Below, piece by piece: positions 49,858 to 61,292 of a stretch of 64,000 nt of DNA. The stretch comes from Nitrospirales bacterium. GTDB lineage: Bacteria; Nitrospirota; Nitrospiria; Nitrospirales; UBA8639. The stretch spans positions 3,904,001 through 3,968,000 of the forward strand of contig OY820905.2 in NCBI GenBank assembly GCA_963555755.3, written 5' to 3'. The notes beneath the pieces are model-generated. The model was not told where the DNA came from. It did not search any database and saw only the letters and a program-made list of their open reading frames with translations. Each line of letters starts with the position of its first letter. Within the stretch, counting starts at the first letter, position 1. A program made the position numbers and the translations under genes.

Positions 49858-51341
49858 GAAAGTTTCTCCGGCCGAAGTTGGGGAAAGAGAATCACGTCAC
49901 GAATAGAGGCTTGATTGGTAAACAGCATGACCATGCGGTCGATTCCAATGCCTTCCCCAGCGGTTGGGGGCATGCCATATTCCAAGGCGCGGACAAAGTC
50001 TTCATCCAAATAATGTGCCTCGTCATCGCCAGCTTCGCGCTGGGCCATTTGTGCTTCAAAGCGTTGGCGTTGATCGATTGGATCATTCAACTCCGAAAAT
50101 CCATTTGCCAACTCACGACTCGCAATAAACAATTCAAACCGGTCCGTGAGTGACGGATCCGAATCCTTTCTCCGCGACAGTGGAGAAATCTCGGTGGGAT
50201 AGTCCGTGATGAACGTGGGTTGAATCAGTTTCGATTCCACGGTTTCCTCAAAGATGAGATTCAGAATGCCAATGAGGCTTGCGTCTTTGGGGATAGCGAG
50301 GCCGAGCTGTGTGGCTGCGGCTTCCGCCGCATCACGACTTTCCAACACGGTTCGATCGAATTGATTGTATTCTAACACGGCATCGAAATACGGAAGCCGT
50401 CGCCATGGAGGTGTTAGGTCGATCGTCTGGCCTTGGCATTCTAATTTCATGGTCCCACAAATGTCTTGCGCCAGTTTTCCAAAGAGCTGTTCGGTCAAAG
50501 CCATCAGGTCATTGTAGTCGGCATAGGCCTGGTAAAACTCCAGCATGGTGAATTCGGGATTATGAATTGTGGAGATGCCTTCGTTTCGAAAATTCCGATT
50601 AATTTCAAACACGCGCCGAAAGCCACCGACGATTAAACGTTTGAGATACAGCTCAGGGGCAACCCGCAGATACAAGTCGGTATCCAGCGCATTATGGTGG
50701 GTCACGAAGGGCCGGGCCGTGGCTCCGCCGGGGATAGGATGCATCATTGGTGTTTCGACTTCGAGAAAACCATTTTCCGTGAAATAGTTTCGGATGCCAG
50801 TGATCAACCGGCTCCGTGTCTCAAAAATTTTATGCACATCGGGATTCGCAATGAGATCCACGTACCGTTGGCGATAACGGGTTTCAATGTCCGTCAATCC
50901 ATGCCACTTCTCTGGCAGCGGGCGAAGGCCTTTCGATAAAAACGTCAGCTTCTGGACCTCGATTGTCAGCTCATCAGTCTTCGTGCGAAACAAGTGTCCC
51001 TCTACGCCGACCCAATCCCCCAAATCCAATTCTTGGGAAAGCTGAAAGTTGTCATCCCCAAGCACATCCTTTTTAAGGTACACCTGCAATCGATGTGCAC
51101 CGTCTTGGAGAGACGCAAACGCGGCCTTACCGAATCGGCGAAGCGCGACGATGCGCCCGGCAATGCGGCATTCAATTTTGTCTTGTTCCAGTTCCTCTTT
51201 GGTTTTCGATCCGTGAGAATTCACCAGCGGTTGTATTTGATGTGTTTCATCAAAGCGTGTGCCATAGGGTTGGATACCCATTGCTCTCAGCGTCTCGAGC
51301 TTTTGAATGCGTTGCGTACGTTGTTCGTTTATGTCTTCCAT
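49854..51341 (-). CDS. lysS: Lysine--tRNA ligase (class II)
   Basis: 'YRQRYVDL', 'FRNEGI', 'HNPEFT', '[14 protein letters not shown]'. Confidence 0.98.
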   Translation of the reverse strand: MEDINEQRTQRIQKLETLRAMGIQPYGTRFDETHQIQPLVNSHGSKTKEELEQDKIECRIAGRIVALRRFGKAAFASLQDGAHRLQVYLKKDVLGDDNFQLSQELDLGDWVGVEGHLFRTKTDELTIEVQKLTFLSKGLRPLPEKWHGLTDIETRYRQRYVDLIANPDVHKIFETRSRLITGIRNYFTENGFLEVETPMMHPIPGGATARPFVTHHNALDTDLYLRVAPELYLKRLIVGGFRRVFEINRNFRNEGISTIHNPEFTMLEFYQAYADYNDLMALTEQLFGKLAQDICGTMKLECQGQTIDLTPPWRRLPYFDAVLEYNQFDRTVLESRDAAEAAATQLGLAIPKDASLIGILNLIFEETVESKLIQPTFITDYPTEISPLSRRKDSDPSLTDRFELFIASRELANGFSELNDPIDQRQRFEAQMAQREAGDDEAHYLDEDFVRALEYGMPPTAGEGIGIDRMVMLFTNQASIRDVILFPQLRPEKLS

Positions 51342-51649
51342 GAATCCATTCCGATGTGAAAAAAAGTTCGTGTCCGAAGGATAAATCTTCTTATTCCACG
51401 GTGCTTGCTACAGGGTGACCCATGAGGCCTGCCCTGAGTGTTATCGAAGGGTTCCCCAATTGGAAAAGGGGGGTAGGGGGATTTTCAAATTATGTATTCC
51501 TTTCAATACCCTGCTATTTGGGCCGGGGAGTATTTATTAAAATCCCCCTCAATCCCCCTTTTCCAAAGGGGGAGATTAAACGGAGGGTCGAGGGGGGATC
51601 TTATGGAGGATTTAATAATGCCTACGGTAAAGTCACCTGTTCAAAATGG

Positions 51650-52760
51650 TTACGATGTCTTCGAGGCCATCTGGTGTTTTAAATACGCTTCAATAAATGG
51701 ATCGAGCGCGCCATCCATGACGGATGCGACATTGCCCGACTCCTGGTTCGTTCGATGATCTTTGACCATTTGATAGGGTTGAAACACATACGATCGAATT
51801 TGGCTTCCCCAGGCAATGTCCTTTTTCTCACCAATAATATTTTGGAACTCCGCATCTTTTTTCTGCTGTTCGACTTCGTAGAGTTTCGATTTGAGTACCT
51901 TCATGGCATTCAACCGGTTTTGCAACTGTGAGCGTTCGTTCTGGCATTGCACCACAATACCCGTTGGAAGATGTGTCATGCGGATGGCGGTTTCCACTTT
52001 ATTCACGTTCTGGCCGCCGGCTCCACCGGCCCGAAACGTATCCACCCGAAGATCCTTGTCGTCAATCACAACCACCACTTCATCGTCGAGTTCGGGACAG
52101 ACCGAAACTGCGGCAAAGGATGTATGCCGGCGTTTGTTGGCGTCAAATGGCGAGATGCGCACCAAGCGATGCACGCCAGCTTCCGACTTCAAATAGCCAT
52201 AGGCGTATTCACCTTCAATCTGCAGCGTCACACTCTTAATACCAGCCTCGTCGCCAGGTTGTAAATCAATCGTGCTGACTTTGAACCCACGTTGTTCGGC
52301 CCAGCGAACAAACATGCGCATGAGCATTTGTGCCCAGTCTTGTGATTCCGTCCCACCTGCCCCGGGGTTGACGCCGAGAATAGCTGAGTTGGCATCGTGC
52401 TCACCGGATAGCAATTGCTCCGTGTGGAGTTGGTCGAGCACGGTCTCGAGTTCTTGAATGCCCTGGGTGAGTTCGAACTGAAGGTCGGGATCGTCTTCTT
52501 CACCAACAAGTTCCAGCGTGGCTTCGAGATCCGCTTGCTGGCGTTCAAAATCAGTGATGCGGGTCATCTCCCGTTCAATACTGGCTTTGCGGCGGCCGAC
52601 CTTGGTGGCCATTTGGGTGTTGTTCCAAAAACCGGGCTGAGCGCTTTCCCGCTCGAGTTCTTCTAATTCGTTGCGAAGCCGAGGCAGGTCAAAGACACCT
52701 CCGTAACTCTTGAATGTGGTCCCCGGTGGTTTGCAAACGAGATCGAATGTCCTCAAGCAT
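51650..52760 (-). CDS. prfB: Peptide chain release factor 2 with programmed +1 frameshift
   Basis: ATG 52760 gives 23 codons to CTT-TGA-C (52694-52688), preceded by GGAGG. The +1 frame carries SPF and GGQ. Confidence 0.97.
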
Positions 52761-52763
52761 GCG

Positions 52764-54386
52764 TCACTCCTTTGTGTCTCTGCGTGGTGAAGGGTATTGA
52801 AAGATGGTGTCTACCGCGGATGGTTTGCGGAAGAATCGTGTGAACAATAGCAAAAACACAGTCATTATAACACAGGCCCAGGCAAACACATCGCCAAATC
52901 GTGTGTAAAACGTTGAAGACGTGCCTAGTGGAATCGATCCAGTGATGGCTTGCTCGGTGAAAATGGGCGTGACGGCGATGATGTGTCCTGAAGGATCGAT
53001 GAATCCGGAAATGCCAGTATTCGCCGCGCGAGCAAAGGCCATTCGATTTTCTACGGCCCGAAACACCACCATGGCAAAGTGCTGGTACGGAGCTACAGTG
53101 TTGCCAAACCACGCATCATTCGTGATCGTCACCAAAAAATTGGAGCCTGCATGTGCCAGTTGCCGAACGAGATTAGGAAAAATCACCTCGTAACAAATCG
53201 CCACGCCGAATTGAACCTGTTGTTGGTCAGGCCCATGTGGAATTGAAAGCAAGGTCGGGCCTGGGCCTGGCTGAAAGTCACCAATGCCCACCACGAGTTT
53301 GTCCAGGAAGAAAAGAAATTGTTTGAGAGGAATGTATTCTCCGAAGGGGACAAGATGTTGTTTGTCATACCGCCCCGTGAGTTCACCGTCAGGCTGAAGC
53401 ACATAAGCGCTATTGAGTAAATACGGTCGGCCATCGTCATACCGACGAAGCGCCGGGCTTCCAAATATCAAGGGCAACTGCGCTTTCTCAACCATCTCCA
53501 CCACAAGAGACTGATAGCCCTGTTCCTGTTCGAACAGGAACGGTGTCGCGGCTTCAGGCCAGATGATCACATCAGCCCCTTCAGTCACTGTTTTCGTAAG
53601 TCGAACATATCGTTCAAGCGTGTCCACACGATACGCTGTGTCCCACTTGCGCGCCTGATCGATATTCGCCTGAACCACCCCGACGCGAAGTTTGGGTGCG
53701 CCGGAGAAGCTAGAAGAGTTGAGGAAAAAAAATCCGTAGAGCCAGACCACCAGTATAATCACGGTGGCTGCAGCTACGGGCTGCCAAGGTTGAAGAAGAG
53801 TGGCGCGAATCTTGGCCTTAGCCAAGATCCAACGGAGCAGAATAAAGAGCGCAACGTTGGCGAGAACAATGATAAACGATACGCCATAGACGCTGGTGAT
53901 GTCGGAAATTTGAATAATCGGAAGCCATTGAAATTGGGAGTATCCCAAGAGTCCCCATGGTAGGCCACTAAAAGCATAGGTCCGGAGGAATTCAAGCGAG
54001 ACCCACAAACACGGCGCCAGAATCCAGGCTACGTTGCCCCAGCGCTGCTCCATCCACACAAAGCCCCATGCATACATACCCACAAAGAGGCCAAGGTAGA
54101 CCGTCAGCAGAAACATGAGCGCGATGCTCATTGGAAGTGGGACTTGCCCATAGAGATGCATTGAGACCACGACCCAGTATATGGTCCCGGTGAACACGAA
54201 AAACCCAGCCAACCATCCCCGCCGAAAGGCCTGCCCAGACGTCACACCAATGAGCACCCGATGAAGAGGTACCAACGCAATCCAGGCAAGAATGCCCCAA
54301 TGAACACCCTCAAACAGGTTGGAAACGGACAGCGAATACCCTATACCCGTAAGCAGGCAATAGAACCACACACGTGTTTTCGACAT
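52764..54386 (-). CDS. lnt: Apolipoprotein N-acyltransferase
   Basis: 'IWPEAA', '[10 protein letters not shown]', 'ICYE', 'TNDAWFG', 'ANTGIS'. Confidence 0.97.
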   Translation of the reverse strand: MSKTRVWFYCLLTGIGYSLSVSNLFEGVHWGILAWIALVPLHRVLIGVTSGQAFRRGWLAGFFVFTGTIYWVVVSMHLYGQVPLPMSIALMFLLTVYLGLFVGMYAWGFVWMEQRWGNVAWILAPCLWVSLEFLRTYAFSGLPWGLLGYSQFQWLPIIQISDITSVYGVSFIIVLANVALFILLRWILAKAKIRATLLQPWQPVAAATVIILVVWLYGFFFLNSSSFSGAPKLRVGVVQANIDQARKWDTAYRVDTLERYVRLTKTVTEGADVIIWPEAATPFLFEQEQGYQSLVVEMVEKAQLPLIFGSPALRRYDDGRPYLLNSAYVLQPDGELTGRYDKQHLVPFGEYIPLKQFLFFLDKLVVGIGDFQPGPGPTLLSIPHGPDQQQVQFGVAICYEVIFPNLVRQLAHAGSNFLVTITNDAWFGNTVAPYQHFAMVVFRAVENRMAFARAANTGISGFIDPSGHIIAVTPIFTEQAITGSIPLGTSSTFYTRFGDVFAWACVIMTVFLLLFTRFFRKPSAVDTIFQYPSPRRDTKE

Positions 54387-54438
54387 GACGCGGTACGGTA
54401 GGAGAAATGACTAAGAGATGCAAGGGAGGGGCATTCAA

Positions 54439-54601
54439 CCTAGAAACCGCAGTTGGATCACAAAAGTCCGCGCAAGCTCTTGGCGCACCTGGCACAATAC
54501 AAAAATGTCTCATCACCACCGAGGTGACCACGACTTTTTGTATTTCACCATGCACACCAATATCTTACACGTCTTTTTTGCGCCCAACTGCCGTTCCTAG
54601 G
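54439..54601 (+). mobile_element. MITE family C, copy 3 (163 bp)
   Basis: TSD TTCAA on both sides. Confidence 0.92.
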
Positions 54602-54671
54602 TTCAAAGACCCATCTGAAGCCGTTCTTAAAAAAGAGCGTGAGGGGAATTTTAAGGATTGAGAATTATGAG

Positions 54672-54762
54672 AAAATCTCCCCCAACCCCTCTTTTCCAAA
54701 GAGGGGAGCGTGGAGAGTCTTTCTTACTCCCCCTTTGGAAAAGGGGGACACAGGGGGATTTT
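54672..54762. repeat. Family H REP doublet, left of DUF559
   Basis: aaaatctcccccaacccctcttttccaaagagggg ... ccccctttggaaaagggggacacagggggatttt. Confidence 0.85.
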
Positions 54763-55147
54763 AAGTTTTCAATTCAGAAGAGCTCGAAGCCAATTGCGAC
54801 GTGACGTGTTGGTAGATAGCCTCAATGACATTTTCAGTCTCTTGTAGCACTTGGCCGTTATGAAACCGCAGGACCGTCAACCTTTGATTGGCGAGAAAGG
54901 CATCGCGTTGGTGGTCTTTAACTTCGTGCTGGTGTTCGAAATGCTGTGCCCCATCAACTTCGATGACTAATTTTGCGGTAGGCGCATAGAAGTCCACGAT
55001 GTAATTCCCAATACGTGTTTGTCGGTAGAATTGGACTCCTTGGATCTGTTTTCTCCGTAAATGCCTCCACAATTTTAGCTCGGCCTCGGTCATGGATTTC
55101 CGAAGAGTTTGTGCCTGTTGCTTGAGTCGAGGGTTGTATTTCAGCAT
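54761..55147 (-). CDS. DUF559 / Vsr-like endonuclease
   Basis: 'LRKSMTEAELKLW..LR', 'FYRQ..IGNYIVDFY', 'IEVDGAQH', 'RD..L...VLRF.N'. Confidence 0.92.
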   Translation of the reverse strand: MLKYNPRLKQQAQTLRKSMTEAELKLWRHLRRKQIQGVQFYRQTRIGNYIVDFYAPTAKLVIEVDGAQHFEHQHEVKDHQRDAFLANQRLTVLRFHNGQVLQETENVIEAIYQHVTSQLASSSSELKT

Positions 55148-55205
55148 CAAAACCGTTCCTCATTCCCCCTTAAGTAGGGGGATTTAAAAGGTTTGGAATG
55201 ATCGT

Positions 55206-55293
55206 AAAATCTCCCCTAACCCCTCTTTTCCAAAGAGGGGCGAAAAAAGAAATCATCTTTCCCCCTTAGAAAAAAGGGGACACAGGGGGATTT
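55206..55293. repeat. Family H REP doublet, right of DUF559
   Basis: Direct repeat of 54672-54762 with a different spacer. Confidence 0.85.
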
Positions 55294-55334
55294 AAAAGAC
55301 CTACAATCGCAACCACAATCTCGTCTAGCTTCAA

Positions 55335-55763
55335 CCTAGAAACGGCAGTTGGATCACAAAAGTCCGCGCAAGCTCTTAGGGTCCGTCACGAAATAACCGG
55401 GACAATTGGCCGAGACGATTTTGGAGCGAGCCAAGGAGCGAAGAGCGCGCATACCGGGAGTATGGAAGCGATGAGCGACGCCGGCGGAGCCCAAAAGCGT
55501 CCGGCCCTCCGGGGAGGCCCATCTTTGGCCCGGGGCAGCGTTGCTCCTCGGTCACATAGCCCCGCTAGGCTCCCTCGTCGCGCCTTGCCCCGATCACAAA
55601 TCTGGGCCTCCCAATTGTCCCGGTTATTTCGTGACGGACCCTGAGCGCACCTGGCAAAATACAAAAAGGTTTCATCACCAGAGAGGTGACCACGACTTTT
55701 TGTATTTCACCATGCACACCAATATCTTGCACGTCTTTTTTGCGCCTAACTGCCGTTTCTAGG
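55335..55763 (+). mobile_element. MITE family C, copy 4, interrupted by element D
   Basis: 429 bp = 163 + 263 + 3. Confidence 0.88.
55379..55641. mobile_element. MITE family D (263 bp) with two opposed ERIC-like cores
   Basis: 31-bp TIR gggtccgtcacgaaataaccgggacaattgg; flanks TTA/TGA. Confidence 0.88.
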
Positions 55764-55810
55764 ATCATGAATAGCCAGAATGGTAAATCATTCCAGGCTA
55801 ATGTAACAAA

Positions 55811-56707
55811 CTAGTTCAAGTGTGTGGTGAAAAAGTCCAGAACTCGAAGTTCGTAGGTTATCCCGGCAATGGCGTGGGCGTGACCGTGATCTGCCCCTGG
55901 AATGAGCCAGAGGGTGGTCAGTTCAGGATTCGCTTTGGCGAGAAGGGTCCGTGAATGATTGGCTGGAATTTGCGAGTCAGTCTCTCCATGGATGAGGAGG
56001 AGAGGGGTCGCAAGGGAGTGAATGGTATTTTCCGGCGATGCCTGATCTATGTCTAACCCTAACAACCCTTTGGCGTACAAACTAGTGAGGGCCACAATGG
56101 CCCAATTGAGAGGGCCGGGAATGAAGAAAAATTGGCTCTCCACGATTTTGGCGAGCGAGGCGAACGGACTATCCGCGACAATGGCTCGAATGCGTGGATC
56201 TTGAGCCACAATAAAGGTTGACCCACTCATGGAAAAGCCCATGGCCCCGATTCGAGTCGAATCGATATCCTTTCGCTGTTGAAGGTAGTCCAGGGCCGCT
56301 TGCACATCCAACTGTTCTCGAATGCCGACAGTGGTCATCCATCCGTCGCTTTCCCCGAAATACCGGAAATCTATCAACAATAAATGAAATCGTTGATGCA
56401 AAAAGAGAACGTGTCCCAGGATATTGGCTTTGTCGAACGGATATCCGTGACCGACGACAATAGTAGGAACTGCTTCTTTTTCTCCTGTTGCCTCCTGACC
56501 GGGTGCGCGTGCGAAAGGGGCCGCAGGAATAAACCAACCTCGGATGATGAGCTGATCCTTCGTGGTAAATGCCACTCGTTCATACGAAAGCCCAAAGCGG
56601 CTTGGATCGGCATCGGTTTTAAACCTGAAGGGGTGAATCCCTAATAGGAGGTTCAAAAGGGGAATGAGAAGCATGAATCCGAGAAAAAAGAGGAAATATT
56701 TATACAT
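55811..56707 (-). CDS. Alpha/beta hydrolase with N-terminal TM
   Basis: 'DFRYFGESDG', 'GFSMSG', 'LIHGETD', 'GADH'. Confidence 0.9.
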   Translation of the reverse strand: MYKYFLFFLGFMLLIPLLNLLLGIHPFRFKTDADPSRFGLSYERVAFTTKDQLIIRGWFIPAAPFARAPGQEATGEKEAVPTIVVGHGYPFDKANILGHVLFLHQRFHLLLIDFRYFGESDGWMTTVGIREQLDVQAALDYLQQRKDIDSTRIGAMGFSMSGSTFIVAQDPRIRAIVADSPFASLAKIVESQFFFIPGPLNWAIVALTSLYAKGLLGLDIDQASPENTIHSLATPLLLIHGETDSQIPANHSRTLLAKANPELTTLWLIPGADHGHAHAIAGITYELRVLDFFTTHLN

Positions 56708-56920
56708 GGAGGATCGCAAGTGTCGGGAGGCATTCAGAGTGAGGTTTGAGGTTCACCAAAGGAAACGTGCCGTTGGTAAGGGTCCGAGGGAAGCCATCCT
56801 TCAAGTGAGTGTCAGGGGCCGGCCTTTCTTGCCGTATCCGTCATGACGATGAAGGGTCGGTTGAATATTTCACGCCCTTGGCCAATACATGGTCGTGATA
56901 AGCAGACCATCATCAGGTGG

Positions 56921-57050
56921 AGGGAATGTTCAAAAAAGTTCGTTGTCTGACCCACCCTACCCAAGCGCGCCAACGGGCCTGCGGCCTTGCTGGACCTGGC
57001 TCCGCCGAAGCGGCTTCGCGAAGGCGAGCGGACCTTTTTGAACAGCCCCT
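56921..57050 (-). repeat. Family I copy 4 (degenerate)
   Basis: agggaatgttcaaaaaag...ctgcggccttgctgg...ctttttgaacagcccct. The flank 56860-56920 resembles the reverse complement of 33374-33440. Confidence 0.65.
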
Positions 57051-57278
57051 TACGTCTGGCATCTTAGGTTATTGGAAAGTTGTCGGTAATTTGAAAAATT
57101 TTGGAATTATTCAACAGATCCTCCTTATGATTTTGCAGCTGCACGTAGCGATAGCATCCTCCAAACGGGGGGTCCGGTCAAGAGGTAAAATAGCCCCTGC
57201 GGCCTTGCAGAACTCGAGAGTCTGACCTAGGATGTCGTCACCAAATTTTACATTCAATTAATCTGGAGAAGTCCGTCC

Positions 57279-58199
57279 ATGCCTCGTGTCGTGTCGTTAA
57301 TCCCTAGCGCTACTGAATGGGTGTGTGCTTTAGGCGCACGGGACGATTTAGTGGGGCGATCGCATGAATGTGACTACCCTCAGAGTGTGACCGCTCTTCC
57401 CGTCTGCACATCCCCGAAATTCGATCCGCAAGGCAGCAGCCGGGACATTGATGATCGTGTTAAGAATCTTCTGCGTGATGCCGTTTCGGTCTATCGCGTG
57501 GATGTCCAACAACTCCGGGCCTTACATCCTGATTGTATCCTGACCCAAGCGCAGTGTGAGGTGTGTGCCGTGAGTCTGTCTGATGTGGAACAGATGGTCG
57601 GGGATTGGATAGGCACCAGGCCTTCGATTGTCTCGCTGTCGCCGAATCAGTTGCACGAGGTGTGGGACGATATCGGGCGAGTGGCTGGGGCTTTGGGTCG
57701 GAAGGAAGAAGGTGAGGCCTTATTGTCCACGCTTCGAAACCGCGTCGAGATCATCAGTGCACAAACCCGTCAGATTGGAGATCGTCCAACCGTTGGTTGT
57801 ATTGAATGGCTCGATCCTCTCATGGCCTCGGCCAACTGGATGCCCGAGCTGATCGATTACGCCGGCGGACAGAATGTGTTTGGTCATGCCGGTGAGCATG
57901 CACCATGGCTCACATGGGAGGCGGTTCAGAAGGAAGACCCTGATATTCTTCTATTGCTCCCCTGCGGCTTTTCTATCCCGCGGACACGCGAAGAAATTCA
58001 TCTTTTGACAGGCCAACCGGGGTGGAGTGACCTCAAAGCCGTGCAACAGGGGAGAGTCTATCTCACGGATGGCAATCAATATTTTAATCGTCCCGGACCT
58101 CGGCTGGTTGAGTCGGTGGAAATTCTGGCTGAGATCTTTCATCCGACCCTGTTTACGTTCGGGCACGAGGGAAAGGGCTGGGAGCGAGCTGTCAATTAG
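57279..58199 (+). CDS. Cobalamin-binding/BtuF-like protein
   Basis: 'RVVSLIPSATE', 'GRSHECDYP', 'YFNRPGPRL'. Confidence 0.88.
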   Translation: MPRVVSLIPSATEWVCALGARDDLVGRSHECDYPQSVTALPVCTSPKFDPQGSSRDIDDRVKNLLRDAVSVYRVDVQQLRALHPDCILTQAQCEVCAVSLSDVEQMVGDWIGTRPSIVSLSPNQLHEVWDDIGRVAGALGRKEEGEALLSTLRNRVEIISAQTRQIGDRPTVGCIEWLDPLMASANWMPELIDYAGGQNVFGHAGEHAPWLTWEAVQKEDPDILLLLPCGFSIPRTREEIHLLTGQPGWSDLKAVQQGRVYLTDGNQYFNRPGPRLVESVEILAEIFHPTLFTFGHEGKGWERAVN

Positions 58200-58220
58200 G
58201 TTCCCGGGCAGGTCAGGTTA

Positions 58221-58367
58221 GGGTTCGCGCAAGAATCACTTCCCCTGGTTGGGTGCTGAGAAACCTGTCTGGCAAGGCGCGAGGACTACGCATATTCCTC
58301 GGTATGGAAAGGACGAGTACGGGGTGGATTGACGCCCAAACTGGGGGAGGTATTTTTGTACGAGCCC
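58221..58367 (+). mobile_element. MITE family A, copy 5 (degenerate)
   Basis: Family A core; TTA on both sides. Confidence 0.85.
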
Positions 58368-58556
58368 TTATTCTTGGAGGGGGGGCTTTCCCTCATCATG
58401 CTCATCGCTCAATTGCTTCACCCGTTCAATGAGCCGACCCAGTTCGTCCATGGTTCCGTATGCCTGGTTCAGCATTTCTTGAAAGCGATCGTGCTGATCC
58501 AGTTCCGCAAGGTTGCGGACAAGGCGAGCGTAACCATGGCGAGTGCGATCGTCCAT
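58368..58556 (-). CDS. Small hypothetical helical protein
   Basis: 62 aa ORF between two MITEs; its stop coincides with the TSD. Confidence 0.4.
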   Translation of the reverse strand: MDDRTRHGYARLVRNLAELDQHDRFQEMLNQAYGTMDELGRLIERVKQLSDEHDEGKPPLQE

Positions 58557-58608
58557 TAGACGGGTCAAGGTCCCTTTGGGTGGTAGCGGTGGCGTGGGGT
58601 TTGATAAT

Positions 58609-58772
58609 CCTAGAAACGGCAGTTGGATCACAAAAGCCCGTGCAAGTTCTTGGCGCACCTGGCAAAATACAAAAAGGTCTTATCACCAGATGAGGTAACA
58701 CGACTTTTTGTATTTCACCATGCACACCAATATCTTACACGTCTTTTTTGCGCCCAACTGCCGTTTCGTAGG
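58609..58772 (+). mobile_element. MITE family C, copy 5
   Basis: Family C sequence; imperfect TSD ATAAT/AAAAT. Confidence 0.88.
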
Positions 58773-58913
58773 AAAATGAACTCTTCTATATCCCTCTCGT
58801 CACTTTAGAAAAATTTCTTGCAATTGAGGAGTTGATTGCCATTTTTGAGATCTGTAGAATGCGCATCAATGTTGCCTCAAGAAATAAATGGCCGCAGAAC
58901 GTGGCCTAATCGA

Positions 58914-59546
58914 ATGAGGGGATTCTTGGATTATGTGAGAAAGACAGTGATAGTGGTGCTCCTGTTCGTGGGCCTGATCGGGAGTCTGCCTGCGCAATCG
59001 TTTGGTGCCGTGGAAGCTCAGAACATCATTGAGGCTGGGACCGTTGAGGTTGGAATCCAAGCGGGCTACTGGCAAGCATTCACGGGATTGGGCAATGCCG
59101 ATTCCTCTAACCGTAGTGCGGTCTTTGTCCTTCCACAGTTTGGGCTCGTCGTAACTGATAAAATTGAGTTGGGATATTTCAGCGGAGCGATTGAAGTCCT
59201 GGTCGAACCGGTCGCCGCCCAATTTTTCGAACCCTTTGATGCCACGTTGGCAGGGGTGTCTTTCGTGGGACGATATAATTTCCTGTCATTTGGGCGCTGG
59301 ATGCCGTATTTTGATTTTGGCGTGGGTCTGTCTTGGACCGACTTGGCCCCAAGGATCCCGGAACAAAGCACCCCGTTTGAATTCTTGTTAGAAACTGGTC
59401 CGGGCCTGCAATATTTCATTACGCAAGAAATGGCGATCACCGGCGCCCTTCGTTTGCACCATATCTCCAATGCCGCTTTAGGTGACCGCAATACTGGCAT
59501 CAATGCCATCCTCGGATTGATTGGATTTTCATATTACATCGATTAG
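58914..59546 (+). CDS. Acyloxyacyl hydrolase / PagL-like outer-membrane beta-barrel
   Basis: Signal peptide, amphipathic beta-strands, 'HHISNA...NTGIN'; start uncertain. Confidence 0.82.
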   Translation: MRGFLDYVRKTVIVVLLFVGLIGSLPAQSFGAVEAQNIIEAGTVEVGIQAGYWQAFTGLGNADSSNRSAVFVLPQFGLVVTDKIELGYFSGAIEVLVEPVAAQFFEPFDATLAGVSFVGRYNFLSFGRWMPYFDFGVGLSWTDLAPRIPEQSTPFEFLLETGPGLQYFITQEMAITGALRLHHISNAALGDRNTGINAILGLIGFSYYID

Positions 59547-59579
59547 CCTGATGGTGCGCATCACTTCGTTTGACCATCA

Positions 59580-60167
59580 ATGAATCCCTTCCTGCCTTTA
59601 AGCACAGGCGCACGATTCTACGAAGAAATTGAACCTCGCCTCTCGGCCTTGGGTCTCGTTCGTGGACAGGCGACTCAAGCTAATCTCGTTCATGAGATTC
59701 AATCAACCTCCCTACCTGAACTGTTCGGCCAGAATGTGACGAGTGCTCCGATGGGGGCAGCCGTCAAAGCTGGCCTGTGTGTGGCCTTGGATGCGTGGGA
59801 TGACGCGCATGCCATTGCGCAAGATCTTGACACAGTTGAAGGCAGTTACTGGCATGGAATCGTTCATCGTCGGGAGCCGGATGCAGGGAATGCAAAATAT
59901 TGGTTTCGGCGCGTGGGCCAACATCCCGTCTTTCAACAATTAGGAAGTCATGAGACTCGTCAAACCCTGCCGGACACAACAGCCTTTGACCAAATCGTCC
60001 AATCTGGTTCGTGGGAACCATTTACCTTCATCGATCTCTGCATGGCATGTGAGAGGGGAAAAAAGACTGTACTCAATACGGAATTGCTGGCCCTTCAAAC
60101 CAAAGAAATCAAACTGTTGCTGAAGCATTGCATTCAAGGCACAATTGAACTCCAACTTCCCCCTTAG
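59580..60167 (+). CDS. Conserved hypothetical protein
   Basis: 'AHAIAQD...[22 protein letters not shown]'. Confidence 0.75.
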   Translation: MNPFLPLSTGARFYEEIEPRLSALGLVRGQATQANLVHEIQSTSLPELFGQNVTSAPMGAAVKAGLCVALDAWDDAHAIAQDLDTVEGSYWHGIVHRREPDAGNAKYWFRRVGQHPVFQQLGSHETRQTLPDTTAFDQIVQSGSWEPFTFIDLCMACERGKKTVLNTELLALQTKEIKLLLKHCIQGTIELQLPP

Positions 60168-60287
60168 AAAAAGGGGGATTGAGGGGGATTTAACAATCCG
60201 TGTCTCCGTCATCAATTCTAGCTCAAGAAAAGCTCATCATAAAATCTCCCCCAACCCCTCTTTTTCAAAGAGGGGAGTAAGAGTGCC

Positions 60288-61292
60288 ATGAATAGTCTGA
60301 CTCTTTCCCAAAATATCATTCAGAGGTTTTGCGCAGAATATCTCACTTCTGTTTCTCCGATCATTGAACATGCCTCAACAGTTTCGCTGGCACAGCGCTG
60401 GAATTTGCTCTTTCAATGTTCGATTCAACCCAAATCTGAGTTGATCGATCCGGAAGTTCAAACCATGTTGATGGACCTGTATCAGGTGGCGACCCTGGAG
60501 GACTTATCCCCAAAATATGTGGGCGAGGGAGAGCGCTGGGGGGCGATCATTTCCCCTCGAATCGGGACATGGGCAAGGAAACGCGTCGCATGTATCGATC
60601 ATTGGTTTGTCGCCAATCCGGCTGACTTTTTTACCATGCTCGATCGTGTGAAGACGGAGTGGCCTTTTCCCTGTGATGCCATTCAACTTCCTATTTCCCC
60701 GAATCATCGTTCGGTTTCTTTTCTGGCGGAGTGGCCTCAGGCATGCTTGGAAGAATGTGTGTATATCGCTGACTGGGGTGCTACACGACCACCGTTGCTT
60801 TCCTCCAAAGTGTTCAAAGAGTTTTCTTTTGTTCACGATCAAGATCTAGATGCCTGGTGGCCAGACTTTTGCCACCTGTTAGAGCCAGAGTCCTTGGGAC
60901 TTGAGTCTGAGAACGTAACAAGTCAGTTACGAAAAGGCATGGAGCGAAGTCTCCACAGTGGAGGCATTCTCAACGTATATGACCATCAAGGCCTTGCAGG
61001 CCATGTGTCGTGGTATCGAGGCAGCGATGCGGAACTACTCATTCCGGAATGTTGGCAGATTCACTATATCTTGGTCCGCCCCAATCTTCGTGGTCAGAAA
61101 GTCGCTCAGTATCTCTATGCCTTGGCCGCTCGACGCATGAAATTGGAGCAAGTTTCTCTCGTGTGTGCACGTGTGCAAGGTGCCAATTTTCACAGTAGGA
61201 AAGCGCTCAAGGCTGTAGGTGCTGAAAATGTGTTGGAGTATTACACATTCCAGAGCGACTCCCAGGAAAGGTCCCGAAATTTTCTGCATTAA
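60288..61292 (+). CDS. Hypothetical protein with C-terminal GNAT domain
   Basis: 'ILVRPNLRGQKVAQ' acetyl-CoA motif A and 'N..SRKAL..VG'. Confidence 0.65.
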   Translation: MNSLTLSQNIIQRFCAEYLTSVSPIIEHASTVSLAQRWNLLFQCSIQPKSELIDPEVQTMLMDLYQVATLEDLSPKYVGEGERWGAIISPRIGTWARKRVACIDHWFVANPADFFTMLDRVKTEWPFPCDAIQLPISPNHRSVSFLAEWPQACLEECVYIADWGATRPPLLSSKVFKEFSFVHDQDLDAWWPDFCHLLEPESLGLESENVTSQLRKGMERSLHSGGILNVYDHQGLAGHVSWYRGSDAELLIPECWQIHYILVRPNLRGQKVAQYLYALAARRMKLEQVSLVCARVQGANFHSRKALKAVGAENVLEYYTFQSDSQERSRNFLH

